DNA from: Candidatus Marinacidobacterales bacterium
GTDB lineage: Bacteria; Acidobacteriota; Vicinamibacteria; Marinacidobacterales; DATDRI01
Length of the DNA: 64,000 bases
Reading direction: 5' to 3'
NCBI GenBank assembly: GCA_965219415.1
Contig: CBDCNP010000002.1
Coordinates: 1,312,001-1,376,000 of the forward strand
Under the pieces are notes generated by a model. It was given only the letters and a program-made list of their open reading frames with translations, made no database searches and had not been told where the DNA came from. The first letter of the stretch is position 1. Each line of letters opens with the position of its first letter. A program made the translations under genes and the position numbers. Positions 30,405 through 39,265 of this stretch are shown in pieces.

Positions 30405-31135
30405 GTCAATGAATCGAGCCCGGTCTCGGGCCGCTCCCGATCGAGGATGGTTGTCACTGTTTCGCCACCGCCATGTCGCTGGATCAGCTCGGCGAGCTCC
30501 TCGACCGCTGCTTCGAGCTCGACGCTACCGGCAGGGCCGACCGGGCCGACCGGTGGCAGCGATTCGATGACCAGAACCGCCCTCTGAGTCTCCTCCGTCA
30601 GTTTGGTTCGTTCGGCTTCCTTCCAGTTCCACCGCCGGCAGATCGCGCCACGATCATCTTTGTAAATGACCTCACCGGCCAACGGCGAGCGCTCCTCGGC
30701 CTCTCCGAGTAGTTTCACCGGAACCTCGTTATCGCCGGCGCGGATAAGGATGATGTCTCCCTCGATGCGGTCGAGATCCTCTCCGCCCACTGGCACGATG
30801 TGACGAAGCGATACGACGTTGTAAACATCGACCAGCTTGTTAATCGACCTCAGCGTATCGCCCTTGCGGGCGCGTCGGGCGAGGCTTTCGATCGAGGAAT
30901 GGTGCTTCTTCGGTTTGGCGCCGAACTTGCGGTAGGCCTCCCGCCAGGGGGCGATGCGAGGATGCTCGGTGACGCTGCCCTCTCGAAAGGATTCGACCAA
31001 CGCGGCCTCCGCCTCGCGCAATTTGGACGTGATGGCTGGATCGCTGCCGTGATTTTTCAACCCATGGGCGGTCACGACTCCGATCCGCACCTCGGGGAAA
31101 TCTTCGAAAATCGTAGGAGCGATACGAAACTGCAA
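30401..31135 (-). CDS. B3/4 domain protein (stand-alone PheRS-beta-like editing domain)
   Basis: WREAYRKFG, SSIESL, INKLVDVYN, GGEDLD, CRRWNWKE. Confidence 0.88.
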   Translation of the reverse strand: MQFRIAPTIFEDFPEVRIGVVTAHGLKNHGSDPAITSKLREAEAALVESFREGSVTEHPRIAPWREAYRKFGAKPKKHHSSIESLARRARKGDTLRSINKLVDVYNVVSLRHIVPVGGEDLDRIEGDIILIRAGDNEVPVKLLGEAEERSPLAGEVIYKDDRGAICRRWNWKEAERTKLTEETQRAVLVIESLPPVGPVGPAGSVELEAAVEELAELIQRHGGGETVTTILDRERPETGLDSLT

Positions 31136-31195
31136 TGCGGATTCCTGGTTCGGCGCTAGCGCGCCCGGACTCGTTCGAGATTGGGTAGCAGCGGC

Positions 31196-31690
31196 TCAGT
31201 CTTTTTGGCTGCGCGCACGCCGCATGGCGGAGTCGACACCCGCGCTCTCTTCGAGAGGAAGATGCTGATCCTCGGTACCATAAAGATAGGAGTTGTCTCT
31301 CATCGACTCGATCGCGACGAGCAGATCACGTCGAGTGACCAGTCCGACGACATGCCCCCCGTCATCCAAGACTGGCATTCTTCGAAACGATCTTTCCAGG
31401 AAACGAGTCACGATGTCGTAGATGCTGGTGTCCATCTTCACGGTCTCGACCGGGCTGGTCATATAGCCGGCCACCGTGCCCTGGGGCAACCCATCGAAGG
31501 CCTCGGCGGTCAGAATTCTAAGGCAGTCCTTTTCGGACAGCATGCCGACGAGAGTGCCCCGGCGATCGACCACCGGCGCACCGGAGAGCCTTTTCTTCAA
31601 CAAGGTGCGCATGGCGGAATAGATGTTGTCTTCCGGCGTGAGCGTCACGACCAGCGGACTCATGATGTCAGCGGCAGTGGGTCCCGGCAT
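31196..31690 (-). CDS. CBS domain protein
   Basis: SGAPVVD..GMLSEKD; RRMPVLD..GLVTRRD. Confidence 0.88.
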   Translation of the reverse strand: MPGPTAADIMSPLVVTLTPEDNIYSAMRTLLKKRLSGAPVVDRRGTLVGMLSEKDCLRILTAEAFDGLPQGTVAGYMTSPVETVKMDTSIYDIVTRFLERSFRRMPVLDDGGHVVGLVTRRDLLVAIESMRDNSYLYGTEDQHLPLEESAGVDSAMRRARSQKD

Positions 31691-31941
31691 TATCGCCCCC
31701 CTTTTTCGGGTAGTGGTTGGGGTGACATCGATGGTAATTCGAGGATGGGTTCCGTGGCAAGCGGGTTTTGAGGCCGGGCCCGCGCTCCGTCATAACCAAT
31801 TGACGAAGTTGGTGTTAACTCGATTCGCCGTCACCCACTTTCTTTTGCACCCCCTCGAGGATTCGTCTAGACTGACGGGCATCGAGAGCCGCCTGCTCGC
31901 ACCTGCGATTTTCTCCAATCTCGAAAACAGGAGGAGTATCA

Positions 31942-32415
31942 ATGAAGAGAATCAGCCTGCTCAGTTTTTTTGCCCTCGCCCTGTTCGTCGTCGCACTCGC
32001 ATCAAACGCCATGCTGTACTCCGAAGCCGACGTCGATAAGGCCGCGGTCGAGGCTTTGATCGAAGGCGCATACATCAACGGCGCTTTCAACGACCTCGAC
32101 ACCGAAGCGATGCGTGCCGGTTTCCATCCGGTTTTCAAAATCCATGGGGTTAGGGATGGTGCTCTTGGTGAGTACCCGATCGATGACTGGATCGCTAGCA
32201 TCGACAAGAAAAAAGCGGCGCCCGACTTCGATCCCGCGGATCAAAAGTGGGATCACAAGTTCGTCTTCGTGGATGTCACTGGAAACGCCGCCGTCGCAAA
32301 GATCGAGCTCTTCAAGGACTCGATGCACGTCTATTCCGACTACCTTTCGCTGCTGAAGTTCGGCGACGGCTGGTTGATTACCGATAAGGTCTACTTCCGC
32401 CACGGGGATACCTAA
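31942..32415 (+). CDS. Secreted NTF2-like (putative lumazine-binding family) protein
   Basis: Signal peptide; AGFHP, VDVTGNAAVAKI, DYLSLLK..W.I..K; AGGAGGAG RBS. Confidence 0.8.
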   Translation: MKRISLLSFFALALFVVALASNAMLYSEADVDKAAVEALIEGAYINGAFNDLDTEAMRAGFHPVFKIHGVRDGALGEYPIDDWIASIDKKKAAPDFDPADQKWDHKFVFVDVTGNAAVAKIELFKDSMHVYSDYLSLLKFGDGWLITDKVYFRHGDT

Positions 32416-32431
32416 TCGCGGCGTTGACAAA

Positions 32432-32463
32432 GGGGAGCGACCGAGTTCGCTCCCCCTTTTTTT
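32432..32463 (+). terminator. Rho-independent terminator
   Basis: GGGGAGCGA/TCGCTCCCC stem followed by a T7 tract. Confidence 0.85.
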
Positions 32464-32571
32464 GCTTTCTCCGCCGCTTTGACACCTACCGGGGAGCATG
32501 GCATTCTAGCCGATATCGATTCTACCATTCGAAATCAAAGCGCTCGTGCAAAACGAGCGAGTGTTCCGCTA

Positions 32572-33504
32572 ATGGTCTCCCTGTTTCGGCTCTTCCTCCT
32601 GCGACCGGTGATTGTTCTATCATTCCTGGCAGGTTGCAGCCAAGGCGGCGGAGAGCCCTCCTCGGTAGCCGCAGAAAACGACACGCCCTCTCTCGCTCAT
32701 CGGCCGCTTCTCACTTTGGCGTTCCGACAACCGATTGGTATCGTGATCACAAACCGGTACCGCCAGCCGCTGTTGGACTACCTTACCGAGCATACCTCTT
32801 ATCGATTTCGGGCCGTGTTCAGTCGTGAGTCCGAGAGAACCGTGGGGATGCTCGAGCAGAGAATGGCGGAAATATCCCATTTGGGAGTGGTGAGCTATCT
32901 GGAAGCGCACCGTCAATTTGGAGCGGTACCGCTGGTGAGGCCGTTGAACCGAGATCGCGAGGCGGTCTCTCGCAGCGTGTTCCTCACACGAAAGGACAGT
33001 CCTGTGAGAGGTCTAACCGATCTCGAAGAGCGCTCACTGGCTCTGGGAGCCTTTCACTCCACATTGAGCAACCTCATCCCCCGCCATGAGTTGATCCGCG
33101 CCGGTGTGCGCTTGGAGACTCTCAAAGACGTCGTGCATCTCGCCAACGACGAGGAGGTGGCGGCTACGGTTGCGGCGGGCCGCTTCGATGTGGGGGCGGT
33201 CGAGGATGTCGTTGGCGAAAGATATGTGGAAAAGGGCCTCCGCGTGCTCCACACTTCCGATCCCGTTCCCAGTGCGCCCCTAGTGATGCGCGACGACTTG
33301 CCGCGGCACGTCTCCGAGGCGTTACGGGAGGCGTTGTTGAAGCTCGATTTCAAAGAGTCGGACAGTCGGGAAGATTGGGACGAGGAGTTCCGCTACGGGT
33401 TCGCCCCCGCCAAGGACAGCGACTACCAACCGGTCCGAGAGATCATCGAGACCTCTCTTACACAATGCGCGAGCTCGTGCCACGGAGAGCTGGGAATCGA
33501 ATGA
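32572..33504 (+). CDS. PhnD-like (phosphate/phosphite/phosphonate) substrate-binding lipoprotein
   Basis: LAGC lipobox, HSTLSNLIP, GRFDVGAV, GFAPAKDSDYQPVRE. Confidence 0.75.
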   Translation: MVSLFRLFLLRPVIVLSFLAGCSQGGGEPSSVAAENDTPSLAHRPLLTLAFRQPIGIVITNRYRQPLLDYLTEHTSYRFRAVFSRESERTVGMLEQRMAEISHLGVVSYLEAHRQFGAVPLVRPLNRDREAVSRSVFLTRKDSPVRGLTDLEERSLALGAFHSTLSNLIPRHELIRAGVRLETLKDVVHLANDEEVAATVAAGRFDVGAVEDVVGERYVEKGLRVLHTSDPVPSAPLVMRDDLPRHVSEALREALLKLDFKESDSREDWDEEFRYGFAPAKDSDYQPVREIIETSLTQCASSCHGELGIE

Positions 33505-35280
33505 ACGCTTTCAAGCGACGCGCCACCGCCCTCCTCTCGCTGGCAACGACTCCCTTGCTCCTGTTCATCTCGTCGGCCATCGACATATACGTGAAGAACC
33601 AAAACCTGATGCAATACCAGTACGAAGTGTTGGCGCCGTTCGTCAAGCTTTCCATTCGTGACGATGTTCGTTGGCGTCCTCATTAGCGCCCTGTCCAAAT
33701 ACTGGCGGGCCTTCTCCTACGTCCTTTGGGCGTACTACGTAGCGGGCCCAGTTTTTCTCGTCTTCGCCTTCTTTCGCCCACTCCAATTTGTAGTGCCGGG
33801 CCTTTCACTTTGTGTACCAAACGGCGGCGGGCCTCACATTTTGGGCGATCTTGCTCCTCGTGGCGACGGTCGTCCTGGGGCGCCGGATGAGCCCGAAGGC
33901 TGCCATCCCCGCCTTCGCGGTTTTCGCATTCGCCTTGCTCGCCTTTGAGGGTGAGACGCTGCTCTACAATGTCCTACTGCAACCAGACGCGACACCGAAG
34001 GCGGTCGACAAGCGCGAACACTCGTCGGTGAACCCTTCCCGGCCTCTTCCCAACATCTACCACCTCATCTTCGATGGCTATCAGACCGATTTGCTCGAGC
34101 ACACTCTGTCCCCCGAATCAGAAGAGGCCTTGGGCGGGTTCGTCTACTTCCCGAAGAACACCGCCGTCTGGCCCTACACACCGGTATCGTTGGCAACGAT
34201 CTTTTCCGGCAGACGTTATTCTACGACCGACGGCGCGAAGACTACGTCAGGGCTGCGTTCGATTCCCGTGCCTCATTTGTCTACTGGCTCAAGTTGCAGG
34301 GATACGAGACGGTGGCCTACGTCCCCAACTCGTGGGAGGGGCGGGAGGCTTTTTTCGATCGCATGGTGCATCATGGAACCGCCGCCAGGGCCGAGCTCCT
34401 TACTCTGAACACAGAATCGCTTTGGAACACGTGGCTCTACAGTAATACTCCCGCTCCGTTGCGACCCACGCTCAGGCGTACCACTTGGTTCTCTGGCCTC
34501 GACGAAGAGGATTGGGACCGACTCGGGCGGCAGAGACTGCTTCCCCAGTCTGCTCCCGTGATCTCCTATCTCGGATTTCAAGGAATGCTGGCAGAGGAAG
34601 CGGCGCAATCTTCGTCGGGCCGGTACACCGTCGTGCACGTGTTGATTCCGCACGACCCTACCAAGCTGCGGGCCGATTGCACCTACGGCGTGGGATCCTC
34701 AAAGACCGGAGTCATCGACCAGTCTCGATGCGCGCTGAAAATGATCCTAGACTTCCTCGATCTCCTCAAGGACTTGGGCCGCTTCGACGACGCCCTCATT
34801 CTTGTCCACGGCGACCACGGAGGTTTCTATCGCACCAGGAACGGTGCGTTGGTGACGAAGGCCCGGTCCCGATCCCTGAACACTGTCCTTCTCATCAAAC
34901 CGGTGGCAGTGTCTGATGACGGCAGGGTCGAATTCATGGAACTAAGTACCAGCCTCTTGGACATCCCTTCGATTGTCATCGGATCGGTTGTGGACGCAGA
35001 CTCTGATCGGCCCAGCCTGGCGCCATGGGATCGTCGGCGCGCGTTCGTGCCGCTCCTCGAAGGTGAGCGGCTGGAGTCCGCCCGGCTCATTCTCGAACAG
35101 CAAGGCTTCCTGCTCGGAAGGGTCGACAAGGTCTATCGCGATGGCTATCCAGCCGGGACGGTGGTCTCCCAAGTCCCTCCTGCTTACGAAGGGTCGGGTG
35201 ACACCGAGGAAATCGCGGTGGTCATCTCCTTGGGTGCTCAAGACGGAGGACGGGCTCCACACGCGGATGCTGACAACTGA
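33501..35280 (+). CDS. Membrane-anchored sulfatase/LTA-synthase-like protein with a C-terminal PASTA-like domain (frameshifted)
   Basis: N-terminal TMs; PNIYHLIFDGY, HVLIPHDP, VHGDHG; C-terminal VPLLEG..ARLILEQQG..GTVVSQVP. Split over several ORFs. Confidence 0.65.
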
Positions 35281-35324
35281 GGCTTATACGCCCCGCTCTC
35301 GCGCATCTTTAATTTTGGTCGGGT

Positions 35325-36305
35325 CTACTCCGGTAGATATTTCTTCGGAAACTTGGCCAACACGGTGTACGCGGGATCGACGATGTTGGCCACGCTGCTC
35401 TCCGCCAATTCCCCGAGCAGAAGGTAGGCGTCCAAACGTCCGAATCCGTAGTCCTCTTCCAACCACTCAATGAGCTCCACGTGCGCCAGGCGAAACGCAT
35501 CGATGAGCGGCCGGGCGCTCCCCGCCACCATGATGTAGTTGTCGTCCTCGAGGCGCGGCCAATCGATCTTCTGGCCCTTGATCAAATCGATCTCGAGAAT
35601 GACGTCCATGGAAGTTTCGAGCCCGGTGCCACTCACCTCGCCTTGGCCTTGCCGAGCGTGCCCGTCCCCGAAGTAGAAATAGGCTCCGTCGTGAAAAATG
35701 GGTAGGTAGACCGTCGTCCCCGGCCGCACCTCGGGGGCATCCAAGTTTCCGCCGAAGTCGCCCGGCCAGAGGCCGCCGAAGGCCTCCTCGCCTCTCGGCG
35801 CCACCGCCACTCGGCCCAGCATGGGCTTGAGCTCAATCTCGATCTCCTTCATCCTGCTATCCGGAAGCTGAGTAGTGCCGGTCATCTTCTCTCGATCCAA
35901 GCGCCAAACGTAGCGACGCGGTGTGATGCGCTCGTTCAAGAGCACCACCGTCTTATCCATCGCCAAACCCCCGAAGTCGGAGTAAAGGCGCGAGGCCGCG
36001 AGGTCGTGATTGGGCTCGACTTTGATCACGCGAACCACCAGGGTGTCCTCGGTAGTGGCGCCGTCGATGTAGAAAGGACCCACTTCTCCCGGAAAGTCGC
36101 CACCCTCCTCGGTGTAGTAAGCGCCGAAGTTGGTGTTCGAGACGAGTCTCGTTCCCGGCTTCAAATGCATGACCGGCTCACGAACCGCGTAGGTGGGGTG
36201 CCCCACCGTGGGGGTGAAGTGGACGGTGTTTTCCTGTGCCTGCACCGGCGCGACCAATACCAGAAGACCCAAGACGAACCAGAAAGACGATCCTATGAAG
36301 CGCAT
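35325..36305 (-). CDS. Secreted acetamidase/formamidase-family protein
   Basis: GPFYIDGA, FGGNLD, GDGHARQGQGEVSGTGLE. Confidence 0.88.
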   Translation of the reverse strand: MRFIGSSFWFVLGLLVLVAPVQAQENTVHFTPTVGHPTYAVREPVMHLKPGTRLVSNTNFGAYYTEEGGDFPGEVGPFYIDGATTEDTLVVRVIKVEPNHDLAASRLYSDFGGLAMDKTVVLLNERITPRRYVWRLDREKMTGTTQLPDSRMKEIEIELKPMLGRVAVAPRGEEAFGGLWPGDFGGNLDAPEVRPGTTVYLPIFHDGAYFYFGDGHARQGQGEVSGTGLETSMDVILEIDLIKGQKIDWPRLEDDNYIMVAGSARPLIDAFRLAHVELIEWLEEDYGFGRLDAYLLLGELAESSVANIVDPAYTVLAKFPKKYLPE

Positions 36306-36329
36306 TAGAAGAACTCCTTTCTCGACCCT

Positions 36330-37586
36330 CTACTTCGAGTGTTTGATGACGTCCCCGTCTTTCATCACGAAGTGCACATCGCGCAAGGTGTGAATATTCT
36401 CCAAGGATTCTCCGGCGTAGCCACGATGTCCGCGGCGAGGCCCGCTTTCACCGCACCCCGCTCGTCGTCAATCCACAAGAGCTCGGCAACGTTGGTGGTC
36501 ATGCATTTCAGGATCTTCGGCGCTGGGATCCCGGCCTCGATCCACACGTCCAGGTAGTCCAACATCTTGTCGAGTCGGGTGCGACCCGGCGTATCAACCA
36601 CCACGTCTGTCCCGAAGGCCATCTTCACGCCCACACGGTGGGCTCGTCGTAGCCGATCGAGAATGGTGTTGGCGGTCTCCTTTTGATCGCGAGGAAGCGT
36701 TTGGCCCGCTTGCATGAGATGCTCGTACGGAAAGTCTGTTCCTACCAACACGGTTCCTTTTTCCTTCATGAGTCGAAGAATTTCATCAGACAATCGAAAC
36801 CCATGCTCTATGGAGTCGGCGCCACCGAGGATAACGCTCCTGGCGGCATCGTCGATATAGACGTGGACTCCGACGGTGATCCCGGCCCCATGTGCCTCCT
36901 CGACTCCGGCACGGATCTCCTCCTCGGAGTAGTGAAAAGCGCTATTGTCGGCAACCATCTTGATCGCGTTGGCTCCGTAATAGATGTTTTGCCGTACCGC
37001 CTTGCGGATCTCGTCCGGAGTGTCGGCATCGAAATACTCGTAGTGCCAAAAGGGCCCCTGCTCCGGCGCGATGCGGTAGGACTGTCCTCCGAACGGGGCG
37101 ATGATCTTCCCCGCATTGAAGATGGTGGGTCCTCTTACCCAACCCTTGGCCTCAGCCTGCCGCACCGCGGTCATGGCAAAGTCGCCTTCGTTGCCGATGT
37201 CCCGCACGGTGGTAAAACGACCCTCCAGCAGAACCCGCCCATGATGAATCGCGCGCCGTACGAAAGGCAGTGCTTTCTTTGAGCAGGTAGATCTCCCAAA
37301 GGGACTCACCCGGTGGGGCGGGTGGCAGGCCCATGGCGAGATGGGTGTGTGCATCCATCAAGCCCGGAAACACCCATGCGTCGCTCAGGTCGACGACTTT
37401 GGCGCCTTCGGGGATCTTGACTGACGGGCCCACCTCGACGATCTTCCCGCCCCGAACCAGAACCATTTCATCGTCGGTCACCCGGCCGTTCGCCGGGTCG
37501 ACCAAATGGCCGGCGCGGATGACCACCGTATCGGCGAGCATCGGCGTGGAAAGTACCAGGAGTAACGCTACCAAACTTCCAAGCAT
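36330..37586 (-). CDS. Secreted metal-dependent amidohydrolase (Xaa-Pro dipeptidase-like), frameshifted
   Basis: PGLMDAHTH, FTTVRDIG, SIEHG, FGTD, ADIVA, VHFVMKDG across frames. Confidence 0.82.
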
Positions 37587-37676
37587 CCGTCTCCTCCTGG
37601 AATGCGGCACGGCGCGGAGTCTATCACAGCCGTGAACGCTGTCGGAACGGGCCAGTTGATGTAACCTGAGCCCAAC

Positions 37677-38744
37677 ATGCAGCAACTCGGGACTCAGCTA
37701 CGGTCGCCGGCGCTCGTCGGTCTCTGCGTTTGCGTCGCCCTCGTCGGGGCCGGTGCCTGCCATCGAGCCGGGGATGCCCCCAGCTCTTACACCTTCGAAG
37801 GCTCGACCATGGGAACGACGTTTACGGTCAAGGTCGTGGCGGACAACCTGACAGAAGCGACAGAAATCCGGCTCCAGCGTTTAATCGAAGACGAGCTTCG
37901 GGCCGTCAACGATAAGATGTCGCACTATCTCGACGATTCCGAGCTCTCGCGATTCAATCGCTCCCGGGAGACGACACCCTTCGTCATCTCTCAGTCAACG
38001 CTCGAAGTATTTCGCCATGCGGTAGAGGTGAGCGCCTTGACGGGAGGCGCATTCGACATCACGGCTGGTCCACTGGTCAACGTCTGGGGTTTCGGTGCAG
38101 AGGAGCGCTCGGAGACGCTGCCTTCGGATGCCGAGGTCGCTCAGGCACTCCAGCGCTCCGGCTATGACATGCTTGAAATCGACCTTGACAGTTCGACCGT
38201 CCGCAAGACGACGCCCGATCTTTACTGCGATCTCTCCGCCATCGCCAAAGGATATGGCGTCGACCGTGTGGCAGAGAGGCTAGAAGGTGATGGGCTCACG
38301 AACTACATGGTCGAAGTCGGCGGTGAGGTTCGAACGCGCGGCACCAACGCTTCTGGAAACGCTTGGCGCATCGCTATCGAACAACCGGTCCCTGGACAGC
38401 GAGCCGTTCAAAGGATCGTCCCGCTGAACGGTATGGCCCTGGCCACCTCTGGCGGTTACCGGAACTTCTACGAAGTCGATGGCACTCGCTTCTCCCACAC
38501 CATCGATCCTCGAACCGGTCGGCCCATTACCCACCGCTTGGCTTCGGTGAGCGTCGTGGATGAACTCGGCGTTCGCGCCGATGCCTTGGCCACCGGACTT
38601 CTCGTCCTGGGTCCAGAGAAGGGTTTCAAGCTCGCCGTCGGTCGGAACCTTGCCGCTCTCTTCCTGATCGAGGAAGAAGGAGGAGGGCTCCGAGAGTTGG
38701 CCACCCCTGCCTTCCAACGCCTCTTGGACGTAGCACTGCACTGA
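37677..38744 (+). CDS. apbE: FAD:protein FMN transferase
   Basis: TMGT, SELSRFN, GAFDIT, DLSAIAKGYGVD, ATSGGYRN, SHTIDPRTG, ADALAT. Confidence 0.93.
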   Translation: MQQLGTQLRSPALVGLCVCVALVGAGACHRAGDAPSSYTFEGSTMGTTFTVKVVADNLTEATEIRLQRLIEDELRAVNDKMSHYLDDSELSRFNRSRETTPFVISQSTLEVFRHAVEVSALTGGAFDITAGPLVNVWGFGAEERSETLPSDAEVAQALQRSGYDMLEIDLDSSTVRKTTPDLYCDLSAIAKGYGVDRVAERLEGDGLTNYMVEVGGEVRTRGTNASGNAWRIAIEQPVPGQRAVQRIVPLNGMALATSGGYRNFYEVDGTRFSHTIDPRTGRPITHRLASVSVVDELGVRADALATGLLVLGPEKGFKLAVGRNLAALFLIEEEGGGLRELATPAFQRLLDVALH

Positions 38745-38783
38745 AACCACCCCGCTCCCTGTCGTAGGCTCAGCTTTCCTGAC

Positions 38784-39248
38784 TCACCGCACATGGAGTC
38801 GAGGATCTAGATCGGGCAACCCGCTCGCGGTGATGTCATATTTGTAGCAAGTCTCATCGGCGTTCTTCTTGACCACCACAGCGATGATCCCCGTCCCTGG
38901 CTCGCCGTTTTCGGCTCCCTCCACATTCCGGTCCTCCAGTCGTCCACGAAGGGGAGGTCGGTTCATTTTTTTTAGGTTTGTACACTCATCGCCCGACGTT
39001 GTACCGATTTGAAAGTTCGTCAGTTCCACCGCCTTCTCGTCCGTGTAGTGGTTTTCGATCCACGACACGATCGCCTGCCTTCTCGAAGCGCTGACCTCAC
39101 CCTTGTCGATTTCGATCTTCCCCCCGGCCAGCGTGATCTTGGCGAGCGGTGGAGGCGGCACCAGAGCCGGTAATCCTGGAGCCCACGCGAGAACGAACCC
39201 TGCGCAGAAAACGGTCGCCATCAGCCTCAAAATTCTCAGTGTCTTCAT
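38784..39248 (-). CDS. Small secreted hypothetical protein with a C-terminal YKYxI..LDPxL motif
   Basis: AGGAGGAGG RBS 17 nt after the TPR gene stop; signal peptide; two Cys in the mature part. Confidence 0.7.
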   Translation of the reverse strand: MKTLRILRLMATVFCAGFVLAWAPGLPALVPPPPLAKITLAGGKIEIDKGEVSASRRQAIVSWIENHYTDEKAVELTNFQIGTTSGDECTNLKKMNRPPLRGRLEDRNVEGAENGEPGTGIIAVVVKKNADETCYKYDITASGLPDLDPRLHVR

Positions 39249-39265
39249 AGAGCGTCCCTCCTCCT

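Noticed and set aside
30535-30552. 9-bp tandem duplication GGGCCGACC (PVGPVG) in the B3/4 gene
   Set aside because: In-frame, two copies only; simple slippage
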